Positions 35,749-45,954 of a DNA stretch of 64,000 bases are shown piece by piece. This stretch comes from Acidimicrobiales bacterium (GTDB lineage Bacteria > Actinomycetota > Acidimicrobiia > Acidimicrobiales > CATQHL01). The number at the start of each line of letters is the position of its first letter. Within the stretch, counting starts at the first letter, position 1. The notes beneath the pieces were generated by a model, which saw nothing but the letters and a program-made list of their open reading frames with translations, did not search any database and was not told where the DNA came from. The stretch is from positions 3,586,719 through 3,650,718 of the forward strand of contig OZ242194.1 in assembly GCA_965206165.1 (NCBI GenBank), read 5' to 3'. The translations under genes were made by a program, and so were the position numbers.

Positions 35749-35751
35749 CCG
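35710..35751. repeat. 21-bp tandem duplication spanning the hipB start codon
   Basis: CTGCGTCGGTGGTTCCATCCT (35710-35730) and CTGCGTCGGTGGTTCCATCCG (35731-35751), 20/21 identical. Each copy contains a CAT (ATG on the minus strand). Confidence 0.9.
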
Positions 35752-36062
35752 CCCAGCCTACCACTGTGTGGCCGTTCGGCCTCAATCATGTCGCGCGTCC
35801 GTACAGCCCCTCAGCCAGGTCGCGTCCGAGCGGCCACACCCCAGACTCACCTAGTCGTCCGGGACCCAGAATTGCAACGGTCAAATCCGCTGCCTGGTTA
35901 CTCACGTCTGCAACTCCCCAAAGAAGGGGCGATACACGCAGAGATTCGCCGTATGCCCGACGATCACATGATCCCTGAAAGCCACATCAAAATAGATGTT
36001 ATTCGACAGCTGTTGGCGCCAAGCGATCGTGCAACACTCGAGACGACCTGAGCCGACTCACC

Positions 36063-36080
36063 CGCGGCACTCTACCGGGC
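36063..36080. repeat. Right copy of the 18-bp direct repeat CGCGGCACTCTACCGGGC
   Basis: Identical to 33756-33773. It lies 27 bp downstream (in the icl gene's orientation) of the isocitrate lyase stop codon. Confidence 0.8.
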
Positions 36081-36106
36081 GCCCCCGGTCGAGGTCAGGG
36101 TCAGGA

Positions 36107-38494
36107 TCAGATCTCCGAGCGCTCCGGGCGTCCTGGTCGGGCTCGGCTGATCAATTTGCCCAACTCCTCGGGATCGTCGGTCAGCGTCGCCACCGTGGCG
36201 GCGTCAACGTCGGCCACGATGATTTCGCCCACCTCGTCGGTGACCGAGGCGAAGAGCCCCTGGTGGCACATCCGCACCGTCTGGTACCGGTTGTCGTCGG
36301 TGGGCGTGAGGTAGTGGACCGACGTGACCTCGTAGCGCAGGATCAGGAACAGGTGCACCAGCGTCATCAGGCGTTTGCGCCGCATCTCCGGCGCGTGCGT
36401 GTTCTGATCGCGGACCGACAGGATCGACCGGCCCCGGCGGTCCCGCAGCACCGTGAAGATGATGTTGGCCAGCGCCTTGCCTGCCGGTTTCTCCCCGCCG
36501 TCGAGGATGGCGAGTTCGAGGATCTCCGAGCCCGCCTTCCAGGGGCGCAACCGCACCCGCGGGCTGATCCCGAGGTCGTGATGGGCGGCCCAGCGCTCCA
36601 GCCAGCCCTCCAAGAGACGGGTCGGCACCTCGGTCTGCACGAGGTGCTGGTATTGCGTGGACCCCTTGCCCATGGCCCGGGTCGTGGCAGTGCGGCCGGT
36701 CGAGGCCATCAGCGCAGCGTCGAGGCGCGGGCCGCCGACGAGTGTCTGCGGTGTCCGGTAAGGGGAGTCCACCAGGCGCAGGCGGCGCTGCAGCTTCGCC
36801 AGTGCCAGCATCCCCTCCTCGCGGAGGGACGCGGCGAACTGCTCGCCGACCATGCCGTCGATCTGGTGGCCGCCGTAGGTGATGAAATTGAAGACGAATC
36901 CCAGCTTGGCCAGCTCTTCGGGGAAGTCCCGCATCTCGTCGTCACTCATCCCCGTGGTGTCCCAGCTGAACGAGGGCGACAGGTTGTAGGCCAGCATCTT
37001 GTCGGGGTAAACGGCGTGGACCGCCTCGGCGAACTCCCGGGCGTCGGCGAGGTTCGCAGTCTTCGTCTCCATCCACAGCACGTCGCAGAACGGCGCCACT
37101 GCCAGCGACTTCGCCACGGCGTAGGGAATCCCTCCCTGCACCTGGTAGTAGCCCTCAGGAGTGCGCGCCGGCTCGGCGTCCCAGTCGACGTCGAGCCCCA
37201 GTTCCTCGGCGCGTGCCCGAGCGCAGGCGTGACTGGCAGTGCGCGCGAATTCCAGCCACTCGTCAACGCTGACGGGGAAGCTCCCGCCCTCGGCTGTCCG
37301 CCACTCGATCTGCTCGGCCACCGCTTCGGCGTACGTGCAGAGCCCGGCGGCAGCCTGCCAGGCCTCCGCGAGCGCATCACCGGCGCGGTCGGCGACCTCC
37401 CCGGCGCGCCCGTGCGGCGCGGCCAGGTATTCCTCGACTGCCTCGTCAATGGCGCTGCCGGCGCCACATCGATCCAGCCAGGCGTCCGCTTGCGCGTACT
37501 CCCCCGCCGGCAGGGCGTAGAGGAGATGACCGTTGGCGCCCTCGACACCGGCCTCCGTCAGGCGCCGCAAGACCGCCAGGTAGGCCGCCTTGTAGGGCGA
37601 CACGTTGCGTGAGGTGGTGCCGAGCACGAACGGCTGGTCGCGCTCGTCGGCCGCGCTGTCGAGCAGGCTGGCGGCCTCGGCGTCGGTGCGCGCCACGATG
37701 ATGCCGCCGACGCCCATCACATCGAGTTGGAAACGGGCCGCGTTGAGTCGCTTGATCTGCTCGTCACAACCCACGAGCACCTTGCCGCCCTGGTGGCCGC
37801 ACTTCTTGTTGCCCGGGCGCTGGTCCTCGATGTGGTAGCCGGGCACCCCCGCCTCCACGAAGCGCCTGATCAGGTTCCGGACGTGAGGGTCGCCCCCATG
37901 GCCGGTGTCGGCGTCGGCGATGATGGACGGCGAGTAGTCCACCTCGGGCACCTCGGCCCGCTCGGCTGGGGTCATGCGGGAGCGCGCGAAGCTCTGGTTG
38001 CGATCGGCGGTCAGCAGGGCACGCACGATGCCGGCGGCCTCGTCGGGAACCATGCTGAGCGGGTAACCGGCGAGGTCGGGGCCGGGATCCTCGTGCGGCG
38101 AGCCCTTGGCGGAAGTTGCCCAACCCCCCAGGTAGATTCCCTCGATTCCGGCCCGCTTCATGGCGACCGCCTGTCCCGGTGAGTACGGCCCGAACGTGGT
38201 GATGCTGCGGCGGGACTCGAACAGCCGCCGGAGCCGCGCGTGGAACCGATCCGCCGCCACACGGGCGACCGTGTAGTCCTGGCCGATCGCTCCCCGCTGC
38301 TCGACCACCTGGCGCGCCGAGTAGAGCCGCGTCAACCCGGTGAACCGGGGCGCCGCCATCCAGCGGCGCGTGGCCTCGAGGTCGGCGTCGAACCGATCCG
38401 GCGCGCCGCTCTCGCCGGGCAGCGCCAGGGGCTGTGGACGGGCAAGCTCGGCCGATGACGGATCCAGCACTGGACTCGGCGAGAGAACGCTCAT
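36107..38494 (-). CDS. aceA: Isocitrate lyase, long (ICL2/AceA-long) form
   Basis: ORF 36107-38548. I prefer the ATG at 38494, preceded by GGAGGTGTCC. ICL signature [12 protein letters not shown]. The ~795-aa length, with an inserted domain and C-terminal extension, matches the mycobacterial Icl2 type. Confidence 0.9.
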   Translation of the reverse strand: MSVLSPSPVLDPSSAELARPQPLALPGESGAPDRFDADLEATRRWMAAPRFTGLTRLYSARQVVEQRGAIGQDYTVARVAADRFHARLRRLFESRRSITTFGPYSPGQAVAMKRAGIEGIYLGGWATSAKGSPHEDPGPDLAGYPLSMVPDEAAGIVRALLTADRNQSFARSRMTPAERAEVPEVDYSPSIIADADTGHGGDPHVRNLIRRFVEAGVPGYHIEDQRPGNKKCGHQGGKVLVGCDEQIKRLNAARFQLDVMGVGGIIVARTDAEAASLLDSAADERDQPFVLGTTSRNVSPYKAAYLAVLRRLTEAGVEGANGHLLYALPAGEYAQADAWLDRCGAGSAIDEAVEEYLAAPHGRAGEVADRAGDALAEAWQAAAGLCTYAEAVAEQIEWRTAEGGSFPVSVDEWLEFARTASHACARARAEELGLDVDWDAEPARTPEGYYQVQGGIPYAVAKSLAVAPFCDVLWMETKTANLADAREFAEAVHAVYPDKMLAYNLSPSFSWDTTGMSDDEMRDFPEELAKLGFVFNFITYGGHQIDGMVGEQFAASLREEGMLALAKLQRRLRLVDSPYRTPQTLVGGPRLDAALMASTGRTATTRAMGKGSTQYQHLVQTEVPTRLLEGWLERWAAHHDLGISPRVRLRPWKAGSEILELAILDGGEKPAGKALANIIFTVLRDRRGRSILSVRDQNTHAPEMRRKRLMTLVHLFLILRYEVTSVHYLTPTDDNRYQTVRMCHQGLFASVTDEVGEIIVADVDAATVATLTDDPEELGKLISRARPGRPERSEI

Positions 38495-38793
38495 GGAAGG
38501 ACACCTCCGCTTCGGGTTTCTTCGATTGTTGCTTCGGGAAACCGGCAACTCATCGATCCGAACTTTATGTAGATATTTTGAACCGATTACCGCATTGACC
38601 GCAGATAATCACCATTGCGGAACATAAGTATTATCGATCTTTCGAGAAACAGCATATCTATCTTCTTCTGGAGACATCGGTCGGAGAGTCTCGCGACATG
38701 GCCAGGGGGGCGTCACCCACGGCGGGTGCGCTCGACGCCGTGGAGCCCGCAGGCACCCGCCGATCAAACCGATACGCCGCCTAACGTGAGGGC

Positions 38794-40980
38794 ATGACAG
38801 AAAACACACACGTAACCATCGGGCGGTTGGAGGTCGCAGCCTCGCTCGAGGAGTTCGTTCGTACTGAGCTTGCCCCTGGTACCGGGATCGATCCCGATCG
38901 ATTCTGGGACGACTTCGGCGCCATCGTGGACGACCTTGACCCGCGCTCCCGAGCCCTCCTGGCAACCCGCGACGATCTACAGGCACAGATCGACGGGTGG
39001 CACGTCGCGCGACGGGGCCAACTTCACGACCGGGCTGCCTACGAGGCGTTCCTGCGCGAGATCGGGTATCTGGCTCCCGAACCGGACGGTGTAGGGGTCG
39101 CGACGGCCAACGTGGACCCGGAGATCGCCGACGTGGCCGGACCTCAGCTCGTGGTGCCCATGGACAACGCCCGATACGCCCTGAACGCCGCGAATGCCCG
39201 CTGGGGCAGCCTGTACGACGCCCTCTACGGCACCGACGTGATCCGCACCAACGGCGGCGGCGGGCGGGACGGGCCGTACAACGCCGTGCGCGGCGACCGG
39301 GTCATCGCCTTCGCGCGTGACCTACTGGACCGCCACGCCCCGCTGACGGCGGGCTCACACCGCGGCGCGGTGGCCTACCGGGTGGCCGATGGGACGCTGG
39401 CGGTCGAACTCGACGACGGGAGCAGCGCCGGACTTGCGGCAGGTGCCGAGTTGGCGGGCTACACCGGCGCGCCCGGCGACCCGGACTCGGTGCTGCTGCG
39501 CCGCAACGGCCTCGGGACCGAGATCCTCATCGACCGCGACCATCCCGTCGGCGCCATCGACCGGGCCGGCGTGGCCGACATCGGTCTCGAGGCGGCGCTC
39601 ACCACGATCATGGACCTCGAGGACTCCATCGCCACGGTGGACGCCGCCGACAAGGTCCTGGCCTACCGCAACTGGCTGGGGCTCATGAAGGGCGACCTGT
39701 CGGCCACGTTCGCCAAGGGCGGCCGCAGCATGACCCGGGAGTTGCGCGCCGACTCGCCGTACCTGGACGCCGGCGGCAACCCCATGACGCTGCGGCGCCG
39801 CAGCGTCATGCTGGTGCGCAACATCGGGCCCCACATCGAGACCGACATCGTGTGCCTCGACGGCGCCCCGATCATCGAGACCCTGCTGGACGCCGCCATC
39901 ACGGCCTGGTGCGCGCTGCACGATCTGGCGGGCACCGGGCCGCATCGCAACAGCGCGACGGGGTCGGTCTACATCGTCAAGCCCAAGATGCACGGCCCCG
40001 ATGAGGTCGCCCTGGCCTCCGAGTTGTTCAGCCGTCTCGAGGACGCGCTCGGCATGGCCCGCAACACGCTGAAGATCGGCATCATGGACGAGGAGCGCCG
40101 CACCTCGCTCAACCTGGCTGCGTGCATCGCCGCGGCGGCCGAGCGGGTCATGTTCATCAACACCGGCTTCCTGGATCGCACCGGCGACGACATCCACACC
40201 TCGATGGAGGCCGGGCCCATGATCCCCAAGGCAGAGATCAAGACCTCCACCTGGCTGACCACCTACGAGGACGTCAACGTGGACGTGGGCCTGGCCACGG
40301 GCCTCGTGGGCCGCGGGCAGATCGGCAAGGGCATGTGGACCCGCCCCGACGACATGGCAGCCATGCTGGCGGAGAAGATCGGCCATCCCCTGTCCGGGGC
40401 CTCCACCGCCTGGGTCCCCTCACCGGTGGCGGCAACACTGCACGCGCTGCACTACCTGGAGACCGACGTGGCGGCCCGCCAGCGCGAGCTGGCCGAGCGC
40501 CCGCCGACGCCGGCGCTCGACATGCTGGAGATCGCCACCCTCGAGCCGGGACGGGAGTTGACACCCGCCGAGATGGCCCGGGAGTTGGAGAACAACGCGC
40601 AGGGCATCCTTGGCTATGTGGCCCGCTGGGTTGGCCAGGGCGTCGGCTGCTCGAAGGTTCCCGACATCAATGACGTGGCGCTCATGGAGGACCGGGCAAC
40701 GCTGCGGATCTCGTCCCAGCACATCGCCAACTGGCTGCACCACGGCCTGCTGAGCGCCGAGCAGGTGCACGCCACCATGGAACGCATGGCCGCCGTGGTG
40801 GACGCCCAGAACGCCGGCGACCCCGACTACCAACCCATGTGTGGTGATCTGGCCCGCAGCATCCCCTACCGGGCCGCTGTGGCGCTTGTGATGGAGGGCC
40901 GCAACCAGCCCAACGGCTACACCGAGTTCATCCTCATCGAGCAGCGCCAGAGGATGAAGGCCGCCCTACGCGCCGGCTGA
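38794..40980 (+). CDS. glcB: Malate synthase G
   Basis: 728-aa ORF. Its size and motifs (ARWGSLYDALYGTD, IGIMDEERRTSLNL, STAWVPSP) are typical of the G isoform. It is divergent from the isocitrate lyase gene. Confidence 0.9.
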   Translation: MTENTHVTIGRLEVAASLEEFVRTELAPGTGIDPDRFWDDFGAIVDDLDPRSRALLATRDDLQAQIDGWHVARRGQLHDRAAYEAFLREIGYLAPEPDGVGVATANVDPEIADVAGPQLVVPMDNARYALNAANARWGSLYDALYGTDVIRTNGGGGRDGPYNAVRGDRVIAFARDLLDRHAPLTAGSHRGAVAYRVADGTLAVELDDGSSAGLAAGAELAGYTGAPGDPDSVLLRRNGLGTEILIDRDHPVGAIDRAGVADIGLEAALTTIMDLEDSIATVDAADKVLAYRNWLGLMKGDLSATFAKGGRSMTRELRADSPYLDAGGNPMTLRRRSVMLVRNIGPHIETDIVCLDGAPIIETLLDAAITAWCALHDLAGTGPHRNSATGSVYIVKPKMHGPDEVALASELFSRLEDALGMARNTLKIGIMDEERRTSLNLAACIAAAAERVMFINTGFLDRTGDDIHTSMEAGPMIPKAEIKTSTWLTTYEDVNVDVGLATGLVGRGQIGKGMWTRPDDMAAMLAEKIGHPLSGASTAWVPSPVAATLHALHYLETDVAARQRELAERPPTPALDMLEIATLEPGRELTPAEMARELENNAQGILGYVARWVGQGVGCSKVPDINDVALMEDRATLRISSQHIANWLHHGLLSAEQVHATMERMAAVVDAQNAGDPDYQPMCGDLARSIPYRAAVALVMEGRNQPNGYTEFILIEQRQRMKAALRAG

Positions 40981-41153
40981 GGGCGGCGGGCGCCCGGTAC
41001 ACGCAGCCGACCGCCATCGACCTGTGCCCTCCCGATCCGTCGGCGCGTCCTCTCCGCGATGCAGGTCTCAGAGAAGCACGACATTGCAACCCTGAAACTC
41101 ACGGCAGTTGGTGCCAATGATTCACGGTAGACCTCTCCCAGAAATCACGGTAG

Positions 41154-42140
41154 GACCCGCTGCCGCTCGCCTCGCAGTCCCTGACGGGTCGGCTGCACCG
41201 CATGGAGATCCATCCCTTCTCCCAGGGCGAGATCGACTCCCGGCGCGAGAACCTGATCCAGCTGCTCTTCGTTGACCACGCGGCGGTCCTGACGCCAGAA
41301 CCGTCCGCCACCACACGCGAGCAGTACATAACCCGCATTGCCCGCGGCGGGTTTCCGCTGGCGCTGACGCGGAGCGAAGCGGCGCGGGATCGCTGGTTCG
41401 ACGATTACGTCGCCCTGTGCCTTGAACGCGACCTACTGGACCTAGGCCGCGTGCGCCGGCCCGGCGCGCTCTCTCCCCTGCTGTCACGGCTCGCGGCACA
41501 GACCGCACAGATCCTCAACGCGTCGCGGGCGGGCGCCGAGGCGGGGCTTCCCACAAGCACCGCCTCGGACTACATCGACCTCTTCGAGAGCAACTTCCTG
41601 CTGCGACTGGTGCCGGCTTGGGGGAAGACGCTGCGCGCCGCCACCGCGTCGCGCCCGAAGATCCACCTGGTGGACTCGGGCCTCGCAGCCCGGCTGCTGC
41701 GCCTCACGCCCGAAAGGCTCGGCGGGCTCGACCCCACGTCCTTGCAGCAGTTCGGGCACCTGATCGAGACGTTCGTCGTCGGCGAAGTGCTGAAGCAGGC
41801 GTCATGGATGGAGTACCGCCCGCACGTCGGGCACTGGCGCACGCACGACGGAGCAGAGGTTGATCTCATCATCGAGGACGGGCGATCCGGCTCGGTCGTC
41901 GGCATCGAGGTGAAGGCCGGCTCCCGGGTCCACCCACGCGACCGGCGCGGCCTGCGGATGCTTCGCGACAGACTTGGCGAACGATTCATCGTCGGGGTGG
42001 TCCTCCACACGGGCGCGCACTGCATCCGCTACGCCGACGACGAGCGCATAATCGCCCTCCCCATCGATCGCCTCTGGACCGAGGTCGCCACCGGCCCAAC
42101 GGCTACACCGAGTTCATCCTCACCGAGCAGCAGCGGATGA
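41154..42140 (+). pseudogene. DUF4143-type AAA ATPase gene, 5'-truncated (AAA domain missing)
   Basis: The reading frame after the TAG at 41151 gives DPLPLASQSLTGRLHRMEIHPFSQGEI..., which corresponds to the middle of this family (ESLAGR...L.PLS..E), followed by the DUF4143 region. There is no P-loop region upstream. The 3' end reads out of frame into a glcB-derived segment. Confidence 0.55.
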
Positions 42141-42163
42141 AGGCCACCGTGCGCGCTGACTGA
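42094..42163 (+). repeat. Orphan diverged copy of the last 23 codons of glcB
   Basis: GCCCAACGGCTACACCGAGTTCATCCTCA is identical to 40908-40936. The copy continues as a diverged version encoding PNGYTEFILTEQQRMKATVRAD*, versus PNGYTEFILIEQRQRMKAALRAG* in glcB. Confidence 0.85.
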
Positions 42164-42192
42164 GGCCTGGCCGGCGAAGTCGGGGCCACGGC

Positions 42193-45100
42193 TTAGTCGC
42201 CCGCAAGGGCCGCGCGGACTTCGGCGATTGCCGTGTGCAGGTCGTCGACCTCCACCTCGTGGACGCTGTTGGGGCCGAGGAAGACGAAGACGCAGCGCGA
42301 CACCCTGCGGCCGGTGGACTCGCTCACCATGAGGGCGTAGGCGGCGATCTGCAGCCGGTAGCCGGGCTTCTGACGCAGATCGGGACGCTCGTCGGAGGCG
42401 TGGGTCTTGTAGTCGACCACAACGAAGGAGCCGTCGGACGCTTCGTAGAGCAGGTCGATGAACCCCTCCAGGAAGCGGCCCTCGACCTCGGCGCCGGCGT
42501 ACAGCTCACGCCAGTGGCGCTGCCGGGCCGCCTCGCGGAGGGTCGACGAGCTCAGGGCGTTGCGTGCCCTCGCGGCCACGTCGTCGGCGAGATGATCGAT
42601 GCCCTCCGCGGCGGCGTACCGGCTGGCCGACGGCGCGAGCGCCTCGCCGGGTGCATCGAAGCTCACCGTCTGGAGCACGGCGTGAACCGCCCGGCCGAGT
42701 GCCGTGCCGTACCGGCCCCTGCGCCACACCGGCGCATCCTCGTCGATCACGTCCTTGTCGAGGCCGGGATCGGGCGCACCTCGCTCCGCCGGGGGCTCGT
42801 GGTCCTCGACACCGGCGCTCTCGACCGCTCGTCCTCGGAGCTCGGCGGGCGCTATGGCTCCGTTTCCGGTCGCCGTCGCCACCCCGCTCGCAGACACCAG
42901 AGGGCTGCGCGCGGCACAGTCCCACAAAGCGGCATGCTCGCGTTCCCACTCATCGCGGGGCGGAACGGCAGCCGGCGCCCCCGTGGTCGTCGCCGGCACC
43001 GGGTCCACACCGAGGTGCCTGGGGCGAAAATCCCGGTTTCCGGGCACCACAGGTGCATCGGCCGGACCTGCACCGTACGGCGGGTCGCCCGGCTGCAACG
43101 TCTCCAGCGGGCGACCCGCAGTCGAGCCGGCGAGATCCAAAGCCCACACGAAGCTCGTCGGGGATGAAGCCGGCGCCTCCTCCCCCGGCTTATCGGCATC
43201 GGTGGGTACGTCAAGCGCCACGGTTAGCGGATGGGGAGCCACCGCGACCTCTGTGGGCTGCGGATCCACGACTTCAGCGACGGTGTGCGCCAGCAGTTCG
43301 GCAAGGGTCATCTTCGGCAGGATCTCCGCGACGGCCAGGTTCTGCCACGACGGAGGCTTGCGCCCGCTTCGGTACAGCGAGACCGCCAGGTAGTCCTCGG
43401 CCCGGGTGCAGGCCACGTACAGCTTGCGGATGTCCTCGTGGAACTCGTGCAGCTGTTCGGAATCCGCCACGCCGTCGCTGCCGAACGACCTGACGCGTCC
43501 TCCGAGCTTGCAGAATGCCCCCCCACTGCGCGGGAAAGCCAGCTCGGAGGACCGGTTGCCCCGAGTTGGCGTGGTCGTGCCGGAGAATCCCGCCACGACC
43601 ACGAACGGGAACTCGAGCCCCTTGGCGGCGTGGACGGTCATGATCCGCACGGCGTCGTCATCGGTCTCGGGGACGAGCGCCTCGACCACTCGCGCCCCCT
43701 CGCCGCGCTGCATGTCGACCCAGCGGAGGTATGCCCGCAGCGTGCCACCGGTGGAATCCGAGAAGGCCCGCGCCTGATCGGCGGCGCGCCGGAGGCGGCG
43801 CCAGGTGTCCCGGTGACGATCCTCCGCGAAAGCCAGCTCCATCAGCCGGCGCTCCCGCAGAACCCGGTCCACGATCTCCCCCGGGCTGCGCCAGAGCCGC
43901 TGATCGTGAAGCTCTTGCATCCACTCCAGCGCCTTGGCGACCGGGTGGTCGGGTTGCGGGCTCGGGCTCAGGTAGTCCCAGGGCCGGTGGTTGCCGCCGC
44001 AGAGTTGCCGGTAGTTGTACAGGTCGTCGTCCCCAAAGCCGAAGGCGGCCGAGCGCAGTGCTGTCACCACCGCCAGATGGTCCGACGGGTCGTCGGTGGC
44101 ACGCAGCACGGCCAGCAGGTCGGTCTCTGCTCGGGTTGCGTAGACGAGGCTGGAGGACTCCACTCGGTACGGCACGCCGGCCGCCTCGAACGCGCCAATG
44201 AGCGGGCCCAGTACGGTGCGCGCGGGGATCAGGACGCACACGTCGCTCAGCCGCAGGGGCCGCGTTTCCGAGCCGTCGCGCACGGGCCAGCTCTCACCGA
44301 CGGCTCGCCGGATCAGGGCGGCGACCTGGGCGAATTCGATGCGGCGGAGCCGCTCGGCGGGAATGCGGCGCGACTCGCCCTCTCCGAGGCTGTCGGTCCC
44401 CAGGAGGAGCACCGGGGCTCCGACATGGCCGTCGAGTGGGCGGCGGGCGGCTCGAAGGGGAACGTAGTCAGGTTGGGATCCGTCGGCGGGCCGGACGAGG
44501 CGACCGAAGACAGCGTTGACCCAGTCCACGATCGCCGGTGACGAGCGCCAGTTCCTGCTGAGTGTCTCGCGGGCCGTCGGGCCGGCCCACTTCGCCACTT
44601 GCAGATACAGCCCGATGTCAGCCCGCCGGAAGCGGTACAGCGACTGCTTCGGGTCGCCCACGAAGAAGAGCGCTCCGTGGCCACCCTCGAGGTCCTGCCA
44701 GGACGGTGGGCCGACGCCCTCGCCGGGGTCGTCGCAAGCGATCAGCAGGGCCAGCTCCACCTGGATGGGGTCGGTGTCCTGGAACTCGTCGATGAGCAGC
44801 CGCTGGTAGCGCTGGTGCAACGCCCGGCGCACGGCGGCGCCGCGGTCGGGATGACGCAGCAGGTTCCGGGCCTGCACCAGCAGGTCGTGGAAGGCGAGCC
44901 GTCCCTGGCGGCGGCGCCGGTCGGCCTCGGCCAGAACGAAGCCTGCCAGGCGGGCGAGCAGCCGCGCCGAACACGCCCGCCCCGCGGCATCGAGACGTAC
45001 TCCGGCCTCGTCTCGTAACTCCTTCAGGCGCTCACGCACGCCCTCCTTGTCGAAGGCGGGGTGCCAGTTGTCCTTGCGGCTTCGCGGCACTCGCCCCCCG

Positions 45101-45954
45101 GCCACCTCCTCGAGCAACACCACGGCCTCCTGTTCGCCCGCTGCCTCGAGGCGATCGGCCAACCGGTCGAGATGTAAGAGGACTTCGCAGAGGGCGTCCG
45201 CATCGTCGGGAACCGCCTCGGAGAGCCGGTCGAGCGGGACTCGGCACCAGCGGCTCTCACCGGCGAGTTCGCGCATCGGCGCGATCAGGTCGGCGAACTC
45301 CAGCGGTGGCACCTCGGGCAGCTGGTCGAGCGCGGGGATACGCTCGGCGGCCAGATCCCAGTTGTCGGCCATGCGTCGGGCCACGGTCCGCAGGTTCGCC
45401 ACCCGCATCCCCAGGGCGTCTCCCAGCACCAGCGCCCGCTCCATCTCCGGTTCGGCCAGCACCTCCTCCACGAACCGTTCCCAGCCCTCGGCGAACTCCA
45501 TGTCGGCGCCAATCTCGTCGAGCATCTCCAGCCGGGGCGGTAGGCCGGCCTCGGTGGTGTGTTCGCGCAGGATCCGCTGCGCGAACGAGTGCAGCGTGCA
45601 GACCGCCGCGCCGTCCAGATCGTCCAGGCCACGGCGCAGGATCTCTACGTCCCCCTCGGAGGCTCGGCAGCTCGCCGTGACGAGATCCCGCCGCAGACGC
45701 TCGCGCAATTCGGCGGCGGCTTTCTCCGTGAAGGTGATGGCGGCGATGTTGGACAGCGCCACGCCGCTGCGCACCAGCGCCATAATCCGCGCCACCAGCG
45801 CCGTCGTCTTGCCGGTTCCCGCGCCGGCCTCCAGGAAGAGGTCGCGGGTCAGATCCTCGGCCGCGGCATGGCGCGCTCGGTCGTCGCTGTCGCTGCCGTC
45901 ACCGACGCGCTTGCCAGGACCGGGGTCGTCGCCTGCATGCACCGGCCGGCTCAC
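42193..45954 (-). CDS. UvrD-type helicase / RecB-type nuclease subunit (AddA/AdnB-like)
   Basis: 1253-aa ORF with Walker A EAGAGTGKTTAL, LLIDEFQDTD, helicase motifs and the C-terminal nuclease motif FIDLLYE...VVVDYKTH. GTGA overlap with the upstream subunit gene. Confidence 0.85.
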   Translation of the reverse strand: MSRPVHAGDDPGPGKRVGDGSDSDDRARHAAAEDLTRDLFLEAGAGTGKTTALVARIMALVRSGVALSNIAAITFTEKAAAELRERLRRDLVTASCRASEGDVEILRRGLDDLDGAAVCTLHSFAQRILREHTTEAGLPPRLEMLDEIGADMEFAEGWERFVEEVLAEPEMERALVLGDALGMRVANLRTVARRMADNWDLAAERIPALDQLPEVPPLEFADLIAPMRELAGESRWCRVPLDRLSEAVPDDADALCEVLLHLDRLADRLEAAGEQEAVVLLEEVAGGRVPRSRKDNWHPAFDKEGVRERLKELRDEAGVRLDAAGRACSARLLARLAGFVLAEADRRRRQGRLAFHDLLVQARNLLRHPDRGAAVRRALHQRYQRLLIDEFQDTDPIQVELALLIACDDPGEGVGPPSWQDLEGGHGALFFVGDPKQSLYRFRRADIGLYLQVAKWAGPTARETLSRNWRSSPAIVDWVNAVFGRLVRPADGSQPDYVPLRAARRPLDGHVGAPVLLLGTDSLGEGESRRIPAERLRRIEFAQVAALIRRAVGESWPVRDGSETRPLRLSDVCVLIPARTVLGPLIGAFEAAGVPYRVESSSLVYATRAETDLLAVLRATDDPSDHLAVVTALRSAAFGFGDDDLYNYRQLCGGNHRPWDYLSPSPQPDHPVAKALEWMQELHDQRLWRSPGEIVDRVLRERRLMELAFAEDRHRDTWRRLRRAADQARAFSDSTGGTLRAYLRWVDMQRGEGARVVEALVPETDDDAVRIMTVHAAKGLEFPFVVVAGFSGTTTPTRGNRSSELAFPRSGGAFCKLGGRVRSFGSDGVADSEQLHEFHEDIRKLYVACTRAEDYLAVSLYRSGRKPPSWQNLAVAEILPKMTLAELLAHTVAEVVDPQPTEVAVAPHPLTVALDVPTDADKPGEEAPASSPTSFVWALDLAGSTAGRPLETLQPGDPPYGAGPADAPVVPGNRDFRPRHLGVDPVPATTTGAPAAVPPRDEWEREHAALWDCAARSPLVSASGVATATGNGAIAPAELRGRAVESAGVEDHEPPAERGAPDPGLDKDVIDEDAPVWRRGRYGTALGRAVHAVLQTVSFDAPGEALAPSASRYAAAEGIDHLADDVAARARNALSSSTLREAARQRHWRELYAGAEVEGRFLEGFIDLLYEASDGSFVVVDYKTHASDERPDLRQKPGYRLQIAAYALMVSESTGRRVSRCVFVFLGPNSVHEVEVDDLHTAIAEVRAALAGD

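Noticed and set aside
41099-41160. Short direct repeats TCACGG(C/T)AG x3 just upstream of the DUF4143 remnant.
   Set aside because: They are only 9 bp long with irregular spacing, and they sit inside a degraded gene region. This is insufficient to call a functional repeat or att site.
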